In this document: piece by piece, positions 46,359 to 57,467 of the stretch
Layout: every line of letters starts with the position of its first letter
Numbering within the stretch: position 1 is the first letter of the stretch
Assembly: GCA_963722605.1 (NCBI GenBank)
Contig: CAVRNO010000002.1
Coordinates: 1,760,178 to 1,824,177, forward strand
Direction of reading: 5' to 3'
Source: Candidatus Binataceae bacterium
Lineage (GTDB): Bacteria > Desulfobacterota > Binatia > Binatales > Binataceae
DNA: 64,000 bases
Translations under genes and position numbers: made by a program
Notes under the pieces: model-generated
Told to the model about the DNA's origin: nothing
Seen by the model: the letters and a program-made list of their open reading frames with translations, nothing else
Database searches by the model: none

Positions 46359-47309
46359 ATGCGTGCGCTGGTGTTTGATCGCAATCTGGAATTTCGCGCC
46401 GACTATCCCGATCCCGTCGCGGCGCCGGGCGAGAGTATCGTTCGCGTCGGATTCGCCGGCATCTGCGGAACCGACCTGGAAATTGCCCGCGGCTACATGC
46501 AATATCGCGGCGTGCCGGGTCATGAATTCGCCGGCCGCGTAGTCGAATCGAAAAACCCCGGGCTCCGGGGCAAGCGCGTCGTTGGCGAGATCAACGCGGG
46601 ATGCGGCCGATGCGCGACGTGCGCCGGCGGTCTCGGGCGCCATTGTCCTGATCGCACGGTGCTCGGAATCCTCGGGCGCGACGGCGCCTTTGCGGAGTTC
46701 CTTCGCCTTCCCGACGCCAACCTGATCGCGATTCCCGATTCGATTCCCGACGAGCTTGCGGTATTCACCGAACCGGTCGCGGCCGCGTACGAAATTTTCG
46801 AGCAGGTTCATTTATCGCGCAATCAGGCGATTGCGGTGATAGGTGACGGCAGGCTGGGCGCGATTGTTGCTCTCGCGCTCAAGGGCGAGAAGTACCAGCC
46901 GATCGTCGCGGGCCATCATCGCGAGAAACTCGCGCGCCTGGCCGGACTCGGGCTGGATGTAGCCGAGGAATCTTCGATTCGGGACAAATTCGAGGTCGTG
47001 ATCGATTGCAGTGGCAGCCCGTCGGGTTTTCGGCGCGCGGCTGAAATCGTCCGCCCGCGCGGAAAGATCATACTGAAGAGCACCGCGGCCGCCGCCGCCG
47101 AAATCAATCTGGCGCCAATCGTGGTGAATGAAATCACCGTGATCGGCTCGCGATGCGGCCGGTTTGAGCCCGCGCTCGACGCACTCGCCGCAGGGAAGAT
47201 CGACCCGCGCCCGCTCGTCGATGGCGCCTTCGCGCTCGATGACGGCCTGGCAGCCTTCGAAGCCGCGAAGAATCCGCTCAACTTCAAAATACTGCTGAGA
47301 GCGTCGTGA
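46359..47309 (+). CDS. Zinc-binding medium-chain dehydrogenase/reductase
   Basis: Contains GICGTDLEIARGY...GHEFAG and the structural-zinc Cys cluster CGRCATCAGGLGRHC. The start is at MRALVFD. Confidence 0.8.
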   Translation: MRALVFDRNLEFRADYPDPVAAPGESIVRVGFAGICGTDLEIARGYMQYRGVPGHEFAGRVVESKNPGLRGKRVVGEINAGCGRCATCAGGLGRHCPDRTVLGILGRDGAFAEFLRLPDANLIAIPDSIPDELAVFTEPVAAAYEIFEQVHLSRNQAIAVIGDGRLGAIVALALKGEKYQPIVAGHHREKLARLAGLGLDVAEESSIRDKFEVVIDCSGSPSGFRRAAEIVRPRGKIILKSTAAAAAEINLAPIVVNEITVIGSRCGRFEPALDALAAGKIDPRPLVDGAFALDDGLAAFEAAKNPLNFKILLRAS

Positions 47310-49303
47310 AACGGCGGAGCCCCCGGCCACTCCGCGCCGGCCCAATACTGGTCGGAGTCGATACCGGCGGCACGTTCACCGATCTGGTCGCGATCGCCGG
47401 CGATGAGATCCGCGTGCACAAAGTGCTCTCGACCCCGGCGGACCCTGCCGACGCCGTCATCCGCGGCCTCGGCGAGATGCTCGCGGGGATCGGCGCGGCG
47501 CCGGATTCCGTCACCTACAGTTCCACCGTCGCGACCAACGCGATCCTCGAAAAAAAAGGCGCGCGCGTCGCGATGTTTACCAACGCGGGGTTCGAGGACC
47601 TGATCGAAATCGGCCGGCAGAACCGCGACGAGCTTTACGCGCTGGCGCCTTCGCGACCCGAGCCGCTGGTCGGCCGCGCGATGCGCTTTGGCGTCGCCGA
47701 GCGCACGATATTCGACGGCACGGTCATCAAATCGCTGAGCCGCGCTGAGCTTGCGCGAATCCGGCGGATAGCGGCGCGCAGCCGCGCCGGCGCATTCGCC
47801 ATCTGCCTGCTTCATTCGTACGCCAATCCCAAAGGCGAGGAATCGATCGCGCGGGCGCTCGCGCCGCTGGGACGGCCGCTGTCGGTCTCGCATCGGATTC
47901 TCGCCGAATATCGCGAGTACGAGCGCTTCTCGACCGCGATCGTGAATGCGTACGTAGCGCCGCGGATGGCCTCGCATCTGAAAAACCTTGAGACCCGGCT
48001 TAAAGGCGCGCCGCTGCGCGTGATGCAGTCCAACGGCAGCGCGATCGGCCCCGAACTCGCGCGCGCGGAGCCGGTGCGAACGATTCTCTCCGGCCCCGCC
48101 GCGGGCGTGATCGGAGCGGCAAGCCTGGCGCGCGCATTCGGCGCCGATCGTTTCATCACGTTCGACATGGGCGGAACCTCGACCGACGTATCGATGTTCG
48201 ATCGCCGCGCGCGAATCCGCACGCTCAGCCATCCCGGCGGATACGCGGTGCGCACGCCGGTTATCGACATTCATACCGTCGGCGCAGGCGGCGGATCGAT
48301 CGCGCGGATCGACGCGGGCGGTGCGCTGCGGGTCGGGCCGGACAGCGCGGGCGCCGATCCCGGGCCCGCGTGCTATGGACGCGGCGAGTCGTGCACCGTG
48401 ACCGACGCCGACCTGGTGGCGGGCAGGCTGGTCGCGGGAAATTTCCTGGGCGGCCGGATGAAGCTTTATCCGGAGCGGGCCCGGCGCGCGTTGTCGCGGC
48501 TGGCGCGCGAGATGAAAACCAATCCGATTGCGGCGGCGCGCGGGATTATTCGTGTCGTCAACGCGAACATGGAGCGTGCGATTCGCGTGATCACGGTCGA
48601 GCGCGGGCACGATCCGCGCGACTTCGCGCTCCTCGCGTTCGGGGGCGCCGGCCCGATGCATGCGTGCGAGCTGGCGCTCGACTTGGGCATCCGGCGAATC
48701 GTGATGCCGCGAAATCCCGGGCTGCTCTGTGCGTGGGGCGCGTCGAGCGCGCCCTTGGGCCGCGAGTATTCGCTCACGGTGCGCGAGACCAATCCGGGCT
48801 ATCGCGCCCTGCTCGCCCGTGCCGCGGGACTGGTCCGTCGCGCACGCGCCGAGCTCGGCGCTGAAGGAGCGTCGGCGATCCGACACGAGCTGTGGGCCGA
48901 CATGCGCTATCGGGGGCAGTCGTACGAACTCGAAATCGCGCTCACGCCCCGATTCGTCGCCGACTTCCATTCGGCGCATCAGGACACTTTTGGACATTCA
49001 TCCGCCCGCGCCGCCGTCGAAGTGGTGAATATCCGCGTCCGCGCGGTCGCACGGGAGGCGGCCGCCGGGCCGAAGCGAATCGCACGCCAGATCGGGAAGC
49101 CGGCGCCGATTTCAAGCGGACGAGTCCTGGTTGGCGGCCGCGAACGCACGGCGCCGATCTACGATCGAGGCTCATTCGGCGCGGGCGCGCGCGTGCGCGG
49201 GCCAGCCGTCGTCGTCGAGCTGAGTTCCACCGCGTACGTCGCGCCGGAATTCACTTTGCGGGTGGACGACTTCGGCAATCTGCAGTTGGAGGCGGCGCGA
49301 TGA
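47306..49303 (+). CDS. hyuA: Hydantoinase/oxoprolinase family, A (beta) subunit
   Basis: N-terminal VGVDTGGTFTDLV and central FDMGGTSTDV. 665 aa. Confidence 0.85.
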   Translation: MKRRSPRPLRAGPILVGVDTGGTFTDLVAIAGDEIRVHKVLSTPADPADAVIRGLGEMLAGIGAAPDSVTYSSTVATNAILEKKGARVAMFTNAGFEDLIEIGRQNRDELYALAPSRPEPLVGRAMRFGVAERTIFDGTVIKSLSRAELARIRRIAARSRAGAFAICLLHSYANPKGEESIARALAPLGRPLSVSHRILAEYREYERFSTAIVNAYVAPRMASHLKNLETRLKGAPLRVMQSNGSAIGPELARAEPVRTILSGPAAGVIGAASLARAFGADRFITFDMGGTSTDVSMFDRRARIRTLSHPGGYAVRTPVIDIHTVGAGGGSIARIDAGGALRVGPDSAGADPGPACYGRGESCTVTDADLVAGRLVAGNFLGGRMKLYPERARRALSRLAREMKTNPIAAARGIIRVVNANMERAIRVITVERGHDPRDFALLAFGGAGPMHACELALDLGIRRIVMPRNPGLLCAWGASSAPLGREYSLTVRETNPGYRALLARAAGLVRRARAELGAEGASAIRHELWADMRYRGQSYELEIALTPRFVADFHSAHQDTFGHSSARAAVEVVNIRVRAVAREAAAGPKRIARQIGKPAPISSGRVLVGGRERTAPIYDRGSFGAGARVRGPAVVVELSSTAYVAPEFTLRVDDFGNLQLEAAR

Positions 49304-50865
49304 AGCTTGATTCGATCACACTCGCCGTGATGAACAGCCGTCTTGCCGCGATCGCCGACGAGATGGGCGTAGTGCTCGGGCAGACGGCGTTCTCGCCCAA
49401 CATCAAGGAGCGGCACGATTTTTCGTGTGCGATTTTCGACGCGCGCGGCGAGCTGGTCGCACAGGCCGCGCATATTCCGGTGCATCTCGGCTCGACGCCG
49501 CTCTCGGTGCGCGCGGCAATCGCGAGCCTCGCGCTCGAGCGCGGCGACGTCGCCGCGCTGAACGATCCCTTCGCCGGCGGAACGCATCTGCCCGACCTGA
49601 CCCTGGTCGCTCCGGTGTTTATCGGCAACGAGCGCCGCCCGTTCGCGTACGCCGCCAACCGCGCGCATCACGCGGATATGGGCGGGATCGCGCCGGGCTC
49701 GATGGCGCTGGCGACCGAGATTTACCAGGAAGGTTTCCGCCTGCCTCCGGTGAAAATTGTCAGCGGCGGCGAGATCGCCCGCGACGTGATGACGCTGTTC
49801 CTCGCCAACACCAGGGTCCGCGAGGAGCGCGAGGGCGACCTGCGCGCGCAGATCGCCGCGTTATCGGTCGGCGCCAAGCGGTTGCTTGCGATCGTAAAAA
49901 CGTCGGGACGCAAGACGGTCGAAGCGGCGATGGACGGGCTCAAGGATTACGCGGAGCGCCTGATGATCACGGCGCTCGGCGAGCTTCGGCCGGGGACTTA
50001 TCGGGCCGAGGATTTTCTCGACGACGACGGATTCGGCACAGGTCCGATTCCAATTCGCGCCGCAATCAAAATAGGCGGCGGCAAGGCGATCGTCGATTTC
50101 ACCGGCTCCGCGCCGCAGGTGCGCGGTTCGGTCAACGCAAATTTCGCGATCACCCTGTCGGCGACTTTCTATGTCATGAAATGCCTCGCGGCCGAGGCCG
50201 TGCCCGCCAACGAGGGCCTGATGCGTCCAATCAGCATCCTCGCGCCACCGGGCTCGATCGTCAACGCGTTGGCTCCCGCGGCGGTCGCGGGCGGAAACGT
50301 CGAGACCTCGCAGCGAATTGTCGACGTTCTTTTTCGCGCGCTGGCCAAGGCGGCGCCCAGCCGCATCCCGGCGGCGAGTTCGGGCTCGATGTCGAATCTG
50401 ACGGTCGGCGGCTTCGACCGATTCCGCGGCCGCCATTTTTCATATTACGAAACGATCGCCGGAGGCGCGGGCGCCGCAAGCGGCCGGCCCGGCGCGTCCG
50501 GCATCCACACTCACATGACCAACACGCTCAACACGCCGATCGAGGCGCTTGAGGCCTACTACCCGATGCGGATCACCGAGTATCGAATCCGGCGCGGCTC
50601 CGGCGGCCGCGGCCGCGCGCGCGGCGGCGACGGACTGATTCGCGAACTCGAGTGCCTGGTCGATTCCAGCGCAAGCTTGCTCACCGAACGGCGGAAAATC
50701 GCGCCATACGGACTCGCCGGCGGAGGGCCCGGCGCGACCGGGATCAACATTCTGGTGCGCGGCGCGCGGCGAACCCGGTTGCCTGGCAAAACGAATATCG
50801 AGCTCAAAGCGCACGAGCGCATTCGAATCGAGACACCCGGCGGCGGCGCCTGGGGCCGTCGCTAA
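49300..50865 (+). CDS. hyuB: Hydantoinase/oxoprolinase family, B (alpha) subunit
   Basis: Contains MKLDSITLAVMNSRLAAIADEMG...NIKERHDFSCAIFD...NDPFAGGTHLPD. The ATG overlaps the hyuA stop (ATGA). Confidence 0.85.
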   Translation: MKLDSITLAVMNSRLAAIADEMGVVLGQTAFSPNIKERHDFSCAIFDARGELVAQAAHIPVHLGSTPLSVRAAIASLALERGDVAALNDPFAGGTHLPDLTLVAPVFIGNERRPFAYAANRAHHADMGGIAPGSMALATEIYQEGFRLPPVKIVSGGEIARDVMTLFLANTRVREEREGDLRAQIAALSVGAKRLLAIVKTSGRKTVEAAMDGLKDYAERLMITALGELRPGTYRAEDFLDDDGFGTGPIPIRAAIKIGGGKAIVDFTGSAPQVRGSVNANFAITLSATFYVMKCLAAEAVPANEGLMRPISILAPPGSIVNALAPAAVAGGNVETSQRIVDVLFRALAKAAPSRIPAASSGSMSNLTVGGFDRFRGRHFSYYETIAGGAGAASGRPGASGIHTHMTNTLNTPIEALEAYYPMRITEYRIRRGSGGRGRARGGDGLIRELECLVDSSASLLTERRKIAPYGLAGGGPGATGINILVRGARRTRLPGKTNIELKAHERIRIETPGGGAWGRR

Positions 50866-50901
50866 ACTCGCCGGTGGCGCATCGGCGAGCGGCCCGCTAG
50901 C

Positions 50902-51322
50902 TTGAGCACGATGGCGGAGCAGCAATTCTACGTCGGCATCCACGGTGTTATCGCGAGCCGCGGGCGAATACTCGTGCTCAAGCGCGCGCCGGTAATGCCG
51001 TATCGCCCCGGAAGCTGGGACCTTCCCGGCGGCCATATTGCGCTCGGCGAGAGCTTCGAGGATTGCCTGTTGCGCGAGGTCAAGGAGGAAACCGGGCTCG
51101 AGGTCGCGATCGACCGCCTGCTCGGATCTGCACAGCATGCTTTCCGAGCCTTATCTGCAGGCGCTCTACTCGTGCCGGCTGGCGGTTTTTCGCAATGTGC
51201 GGCTGCGGCCCGACGAACACGTCGAGCATCGATGGGCGACGCCGGCCGAGCTCGCGAGCCTCGAGCTGATACCTTATCTCGCGGCAATTCTGAAGTGCGG
51301 GATGCTGAGTTACGTGAAGTGA
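50902..51322 (+). pseudogene. Small Nudix hydrolase with one frame change
   Basis: The Nudix box GGHIALGESFEDCLLREVKEETGLEV is in the first frame. The C-terminal part, HSMLSEPYLQALYSCR...EHRWATPAELASLELIP, continues in the next frame from about 51121-51130. The span is 3n+1. Confidence 0.6.
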
Positions 51323-51338
51323 TCGAGGCGATGCGGCG

Positions 51339-52241
51339 CTATCTTGCAATCAGGCGGCCGCGCCAGTAACCGAGGAAGTTGGCGCATTCGAGTTGGTGAT
51401 AGATCGCGCGCTCCGGATCGCCGCGCATCGCGGCAGCCGCCATTCTCACTCCGTTGCGGACCAGCTTGTCGAGGCGATTGTGGCTTGGCAGTCCGGCAAA
51501 TGCGGTGCCCATGCCAAAGGCGAAGCTCTTGCGCCGCAGATACGCGCGCGTCATCCGTTCGGGGCCAATCAGATGATGCACGATCGCGCGCGGTGCAAAA
51601 CCCATCGCGCCGCCGCGCGCGATTATCCGGGCGAACAGTTCGGTGTCCTCGCCCGAGATAGGATTGCCGCCGACCACGCCGAGGTCTTCGCGAAATTTCC
51701 CGAATCGGGCGAAGGTTGAGCGCCTGAATCCGACGTTGGCGCTGAAATAATTATCCAACCGCTCGGCAGATGACGCCGGCGCCGACTCGATCGCACGCCG
51801 GTCGTGAACCGCGAGCTTGACCCACAGGCTCGGCCCGAGCCACTCGGGCGGCGCCGACAACCATCGCGGGATAACCATCCCGCACGCGGCGTCCAGCTCG
51901 CGCCGGCGCATTTCATCGAGCAGTTCGGCGGCCCAGTCGCGTTCGGCAATTGCGTCGTCGTCGATGAAGAAGATGAAGTCCGACGCGGTTTCGTCCACCG
52001 CGCGATTTCGCGCAAAGCTCGAACCCAAACGCGGCTCAAAAACCCGCCGCATCGCAAGCGCCCCGCCGCGCGCGCATTCATCGATTACCGCCGCGGTATC
52101 GTCGGTCGAGCCGTTGTCGATGACGAGGCAGTCGGCCTCGACGCTGGCCGGTATCGCGAGCGCGGCGATACTCGCCAAGGTCCCGCGCACCAGCGCCGCG
52201 CGATTATGCGTGGGAATCGCAATTGTGAGTTTGACTGTCAA
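51339..52241 (-). CDS. Glycosyltransferase family 2
   Basis: Contains LTIAIPTHNRAALV, VIDNGSTDDT and FFIDDDA. Confidence 0.75.
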   Translation of the reverse strand: MTVKLTIAIPTHNRAALVRGTLASIAALAIPASVEADCLVIDNGSTDDTAAVIDECARGGALAMRRVFEPRLGSSFARNRAVDETASDFIFFIDDDAIAERDWAAELLDEMRRRELDAACGMVIPRWLSAPPEWLGPSLWVKLAVHDRRAIESAPASSAERLDNYFSANVGFRRSTFARFGKFREDLGVVGGNPISGEDTELFARIIARGGAMGFAPRAIVHHLIGPERMTRAYLRRKSFAFGMGTAFAGLPSHNRLDKLVRNGVRMAAAAMRGDPERAIYHQLECANFLGYWRGRLIAR

Positions 52242-52379
52242 TGCGCTCGTGCGCGCGGGCTAAGCTAGACCGTCGCCGCTTGACGCCGCGTCCGGTCTCC
52301 ATCATAGCCCAACCGCGCCTCGCACCGGACAACCCGGCACCGAGGCTATTCCCGGCGCCGCCGCGGCGGGCCGCGTCAG

Positions 52380-53546
52380 TTATTTGGCCGCCGAAGGCGC
52401 TGCGGCGGGCGCCGAAGCTGCTGAAGCAGCCGCTGCGGGCGAAGCTCCCGGCGACGGCGATGGCGCCGCGGGCTTGGGCAGCGGCGCGCTCGATTGCGTA
52501 AACACGATCGACGTGACCGTCAGGTCGGGCGTCGCCTTTTGCTGGATGTCGGTCGGAGCCGTGAGGCGGAAACCGAAACTGCGTGTCTCGCCCGGCACGA
52601 ACGGCAGCACCGGACGCCCGAAGTTGTTGAACTCGAGCGGCGTCGCGACCGGCGTGTGAGCCTCGCTGAAGACTTCCTTTTTGTTTTTCCCTTTGCCCTC
52701 GGAATAGGTGACCGTGAACTGAACCTCGTCGATCGCCTTGTCGCCGCTGTTCGTCATCTTGCCGAAAATTCCCGGCACTCGCGACGCTGACATCTTCATG
52801 TCCACGTCGCTCAACGCGATTTTCGGCACGTACGCCTGCGCGTCGGGGATCTGCTTCTGCGCGTTTTGTATATCCGCCAGCTCGCGCCCGTACTGGAACT
52901 TGAGGCCCGCGTTGCCGGTCGCCTGCTCTTTGTCCAGTTCGTCGAGAATTTTCTGATAGGCGGCGATCGCCTTGTCGTAGTCGTGCTTGTGGTAGAGATC
53001 GACAGCGTCCTTGTGTTCCTTGACGATATTTTCTCTGACCGGGAAATTGACGAGCAGCCGCCATTCGCCGCCCTCGTTCATCAACACCAGATTGTCGTCG
53101 TAGCTGATCTTGGGGTACGTGCCTTCGGCCAGGTTCTTTTGCGCAATCGAGTCGGGGGTCGCAGACCCGCTAAGCGAGGCATCCACCGTCCGCTCCCAGA
53201 GCGCGAGATCGGGCCGCGTCACGCTGACCGTGACGATTGCCTTGCCGCCGTCGGTCTTCGAGTCGCCAACCTTGTAATCGTAAGTGCGCAGCACGCCCTT
53301 GAACCAGTCCCTGCTCACTTCGGGGGCCATCGGGATTTCGACCAGGAACTGATCCATCGTGCGATCGAGCTGGTCCTGATGCGACAGCGCCTGGTAGCAG
53401 GCCGGGTAATTGTAAAGTTTCAGGTTGCTCAGATAGGTTTGCGCCGCGCTCTGGGGCGTATGACCCTGGCATCCCGCCATCAGAAACGCACAAACCACGC
53501 CGGCCGCAAGCATCGCACCCTTGGCCTGAATTCTGCTCATAGTCAT
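52380..53546 (-). CDS. Hypothetical lipoprotein with Ala/Pro/Ser-rich C-terminal tail
   Basis: Lipobox AFLMAGC after MTMSRIQAKGAMLAAGVV. An SD-like GGAGAAGGA lies upstream. No family was recognised. Confidence 0.5.
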   Translation of the reverse strand: MTMSRIQAKGAMLAAGVVCAFLMAGCQGHTPQSAAQTYLSNLKLYNYPACYQALSHQDQLDRTMDQFLVEIPMAPEVSRDWFKGVLRTYDYKVGDSKTDGGKAIVTVSVTRPDLALWERTVDASLSGSATPDSIAQKNLAEGTYPKISYDDNLVLMNEGGEWRLLVNFPVRENIVKEHKDAVDLYHKHDYDKAIAAYQKILDELDKEQATGNAGLKFQYGRELADIQNAQKQIPDAQAYVPKIALSDVDMKMSASRVPGIFGKMTNSGDKAIDEVQFTVTYSEGKGKNKKEVFSEAHTPVATPLEFNNFGRPVLPFVPGETRSFGFRLTAPTDIQQKATPDLTVTSIVFTQSSAPLPKPAAPSPSPGASPAAAASAASAPAAAPSAAK

Positions 53547-53736
53547 CGTCGAATTCCTTCTCCCCGCGAGCCGCAAACGGTTTGATTCTAATGTCGCCCC
53601 CGCCAAAAACAAGCTCGCCTGATGGGCAGTTTCCAGCCCTTGGCCGCCGGCTCGCGAGGCAACAATCTTGCTTATCAGAAAAAAGGCGCGCTATGCGAAC
53701 GGCCGCGCCGCTCGATTGCGGTTCTTTCGCCGGCGA

Positions 53737-54942
53737 TCACTGCGTTTGCACCGCTCCGGCCCGAGCCGCCTGCGCGGCCCGCGGCGGAAACCAAAAGCGC
53801 TCGACTTCGGTGGCGCGGACCGCGTCGTCGATCATCCGCGGGATATCGAAGCGCGATTCCGCCGCCTCGACTTCCTCGATTCGCGCGCGGGTCTCGGGAT
53901 GCGCCGGCACAAACAGCGTGCAGCAGTCCTGGTCGGGCAATATCGAGGTCTCGAACGTGTGCAGCCGGCGCGCCTGATCGATAATTTCGTTCTTGTCCAT
54001 CCCCACCAGCGGGCGCATGACCGGGAACGCCGCCGCCTTCTCGATAACCGCCATGTTTTCCAGCGTCTGCGACGCCACCTGCCCCAGGCTCTCGCCCGTT
54101 ACCAGCACCGTCGCGCCTGAACGCTCTGCCAGCGCGCTGGCGATTCGCAGCATGAAGCGCCGGTACAGCACTACCCGCAGCGGACGCAGAGTGTTCGCCA
54201 CGATCTCGCGCTGCAGATTTCCAAACGGCACCAGCATCAACGCCGATCGCGCCTGCCATCGCGTCAGGTGGGCCGCAAGCTCCGCCGCCTTCTCCCGGCT
54301 CGCCGCCGAGACGATCGGGTATGCATGAAAATGCACGAAGTCGAGCCTGAGCCCGCGCCTCATCATGCGATGCGCCGCGACCGGCGAATCGATCCCGCCC
54401 GACAGCAGCGCCATTCCATGCCCCGAGACTCCCACTGGAAGTCCGCCCGCACCCGCGATCTTGCCCGCCGACACGTAGGCCGCATCGTTCATTATCTCGA
54501 TTGATATCGTGAGCTCGGGCGCGTCGAGATTCACTTCGAAGCCAAGCGCCTCCTGCACCTCACCGCCAACCGCGCGGTCTATTTCCACCGAATTCATCGC
54601 GAACCGCTTGTCCTCGCGCCTGGTCCGCACCGCAAAGGTTCTCGCATTGCTCCCGCTGGCGCATTTGATCGCTTCGCGCGCGATCGATTCGATGTCGCGG
54701 GCGGTCGCATGGCTGAGCGAGAAGTTCTGCAGCCCGAAGACCAACGCCGCGCGCTCGGCTGCGGTTTCGTCGCTCAGCTCGTCGGGAATTTGCACCATCA
54801 GGCGCGGCCCCACGCTGCGTATATTGCCCAGCCGGTAATCGCTGAAAATATCGCGCAGATTTTGCTTGACCTGGTCCACGAATCGCCACTGGTTGCGCCC
54901 CTTGAGCGCGATCTCGTGATACCTGCCGATCAAATATCGCAT
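53737..54942 (-). CDS. thiI: tRNA 4-thiouridine synthase / sulfurtransferase ThiI
   Basis: Contains MRYLIGRYHEIALKGRNQ (ferredoxin-like/THUMP N-terminus) and the PP-loop LLSGGIDSPVAA. The start is chosen at the family-typical Met. Confidence 0.85.
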   Translation of the reverse strand: MRYLIGRYHEIALKGRNQWRFVDQVKQNLRDIFSDYRLGNIRSVGPRLMVQIPDELSDETAAERAALVFGLQNFSLSHATARDIESIAREAIKCASGSNARTFAVRTRREDKRFAMNSVEIDRAVGGEVQEALGFEVNLDAPELTISIEIMNDAAYVSAGKIAGAGGLPVGVSGHGMALLSGGIDSPVAAHRMMRRGLRLDFVHFHAYPIVSAASREKAAELAAHLTRWQARSALMLVPFGNLQREIVANTLRPLRVVLYRRFMLRIASALAERSGATVLVTGESLGQVASQTLENMAVIEKAAAFPVMRPLVGMDKNEIIDQARRLHTFETSILPDQDCCTLFVPAHPETRARIEEVEAAESRFDIPRMIDDAVRATEVERFWFPPRAAQAARAGAVQTQ

Positions 54943-55059
54943 GTTATTATGATTTCGCTCGCGTGCAGCCGCCGGACTTGAGGTTAGCCCAGGCGCCGGC
55001 AGCATTGAAAACCGGCCGTGCGCTTGCAAGCAGGCCCTCGCCCGCGATTATCTGTAGCA

Positions 55060-55686
55060 ATGAGTGACGCTACCACGTTTTCCCGCCAGGTCGATCTCAT
55101 CCGGCGCAAGCTCTCCACCGTCACTCCCGCCCCGCGCGCCGCGCTGGCAAACAAATCGAACGCGGCCGCGGTGCTGATGCCGCTGTTCGAGCGCGAGGGC
55201 GGCCTTCACATCGTCTATATACGCCGCTCCGACCATGTCGCCAGCCATCGCGGCCAGGTGGCATTTCCCGGCGGACGCGTCGATCCGGTGGATGCGACCC
55301 TGCTCGACGCCGCGCTGCGCGAGGCGCACGAAGAAGTCGGCATCCATCCTTCGACCGTGGAAGTGGTCGGCGCTTTCCCCACCATGCAAACGACGACCAG
55401 CGGAATTGTCGTCGCGCCATTCGTCGGCGTGATCCCGTCCGACGCGCCGCTCACGCCTCAAATCTCCGAGGTCGCCGAAATCTTCGACGTGCCCCTGGCC
55501 GCGCTGCGCGATCCGAAGTTTCGCGGCGACTACGAATGGAAGGGCGGCGAGCCGTCCGCTCGTTCCTCGAAATTTCCGGCGATTCACTACCGCGGCCAGG
55601 TAATCTGGGGCCTAACTTTGCGCATCACGCTGAACCTGCTGGAGATTCTTGAGACGGCGCCCTTTTCTTCCAATTCTTCCTCGTAA
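55060..55686 (+). CDS. Nudix hydrolase, CoA pyrophosphatase-like
   Basis: Contains GQVAFPGGRVDPVDATLLDAALREAHEEVGI with the preceding LMPL...segment typical of the NudL/Nudt7 type. Confidence 0.75.
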   Translation: MSDATTFSRQVDLIRRKLSTVTPAPRAALANKSNAAAVLMPLFEREGGLHIVYIRRSDHVASHRGQVAFPGGRVDPVDATLLDAALREAHEEVGIHPSTVEVVGAFPTMQTTTSGIVVAPFVGVIPSDAPLTPQISEVAEIFDVPLAALRDPKFRGDYEWKGGEPSARSSKFPAIHYRGQVIWGLTLRITLNLLEILETAPFSSNSSS

Positions 55687-55822
55687 TAGCGCTGCCAATG
55701 TAATAAGTTGCGCGCCCTGACGGCGTAACTTGCCCGCCGCGACGGACGCCTTGCGCGCCCTGCTGACGAACTGAAGGGAAGAAAAGTGAAGAAGTGAAAT
55801 TTCCACGCGGGAGCCGAATCCA

Positions 55823-57401
55823 ATGGGACGCAACATCCTTTTCATCACCACCGATCAGCAGCGCTACGACGCGCTGGGATGCAACGGCGGCAAGATCGCG
55901 AAGACGCCGGTGGCCGACCGGCTCGCCAACAGTGGAATCAACTACCGGCGCGCGCACAATCAAAATGTCGTCTGCATGCCGGCCCGCTCCACGATGATTA
56001 CCGGCCAGTACGTGCGCACCCACGGCGTCGTCGCCAACGGGGTTGCGCTGCCGCCGGATTCGCCGAGCGTCGCGGCTTATCTTCACGAGAAGGCCGGTTA
56101 TCGCACCGCGCTGCTGGGCAAGGCGCATTTCGAGCCCGCTTTCGATTTGCAGGGGCGATGGTTCGAGAACCAGATGGCGCGCAAAAATTCTACCGGGCCG
56201 TATCGCGGCTTCGATCGGATGGAGTTGGCGATGCATTCGCCGATCGGCGGATGGCATTATTCGCTGTGGTTGCAGAAAAACCATCCCGAGGACATGGGCG
56301 GCTTCGCGCCGCTGCTCACCGCGATGCCCGGCGGCGACACCGGCGCGCCCGAAGTGAAGTACAATCCCATTGCGCGCGAGCATTACCACACCGATTGGGT
56401 GGCCGCGCGCACGATCGCATACCTCGATTCGCTCGATCCCGACGACAACTGGTTCGTGTGGATGAGTTTCCCCGATCCGCACCATCCATGGGATCCGCCG
56501 CAGGCCGAAGCGCGGCGAATCAATTGGCGCGATCTCGATCTGCCCGCCGGCTACCCGGGCTCGCGCGAAAAAATCGAAAAGATACTGGCCGGCAAGCCGC
56601 GCCATTGGCTCGATTGGTACCAGGGCCGCTTTGGCAACTTCGAGGGCGGGCCGGCCAGCTTCGTCCCGTGCAATCTCACCGAGGATCAGATTCGCGAAGT
56701 CAACGCGATGATCCACGTCGAAAACGAATTGATCGACCAGGCCTGCGGACGCGTGCTCGCCCGAATCGCCGAGCGGGGATGGGAGACCGCGCACCGACGT
56801 ATTTTTCACCACCGACCACGGCGAGCTGCAAGGCGACTTCGGATTGCTCTACAAGGGGCCGTATCACGTTGACGCCTTGATGCGGCTGCCGATGATCTGG
56901 CGCCCCGCTCCGTCGGCCAATATCCCGCACAACGAAATCGCGGAACCGGTCGGGCAACTCGATCTGGCGCCGACGTTTTGCCAAATCGCGGGCGTCCCGG
57001 TTCCCGATTGGATGCAGGGAAAGCCGCTGCCGACCGCGCCGGGTTCGGGCCGCGAGCGGGTGATCACCGAATGGGATAGCCAGTTCGCCGCAATCGGGAT
57101 GCATCTGCGCAGTATCTATCGCGACGGCTACACGCTCACGGTTTACGAGAAATCGACCCGCGACTATGGCTTCGACATCGCCAATATCCCCGCGTTTCTG
57201 GCACCGCGCGGTCCGATCGCCGATATCCGCTACGACGGCACCGAGGGCGAGCTTTACAATCTGCGCGAGGATCCGATGCAATGGCGCAATCTGTGGGACG
57301 ATCCGGCATGCGCGAAGCTCAAGAGCGATCTGCGCGCCGACCTGTACGACCATCTTCCTCCCGAGCGCAGTCCCAAGCTGCCCGTGGAGGCGCCCGCTTG
57401 A
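55823..57401 (+). pseudogene. Sulfatase (formylglycine-type) with one frame change
   Basis: Contains NILFITTDQQRYD and VCMPARSTMITG (C-x-P-x-R). The body runs to ...ARIAERGWE in the first frame. TDVFFTTDHGELQG...LMRLPMIW continues in another frame from about 56783-56793. The span is 3n+1. Confidence 0.7.
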
Positions 57402-57467
57402 GAAGGGGCCTCGTAACGGCATTGACTCTGCGGTGGAATCCAGTGGCGGCGACGCAATCTTCAGCGG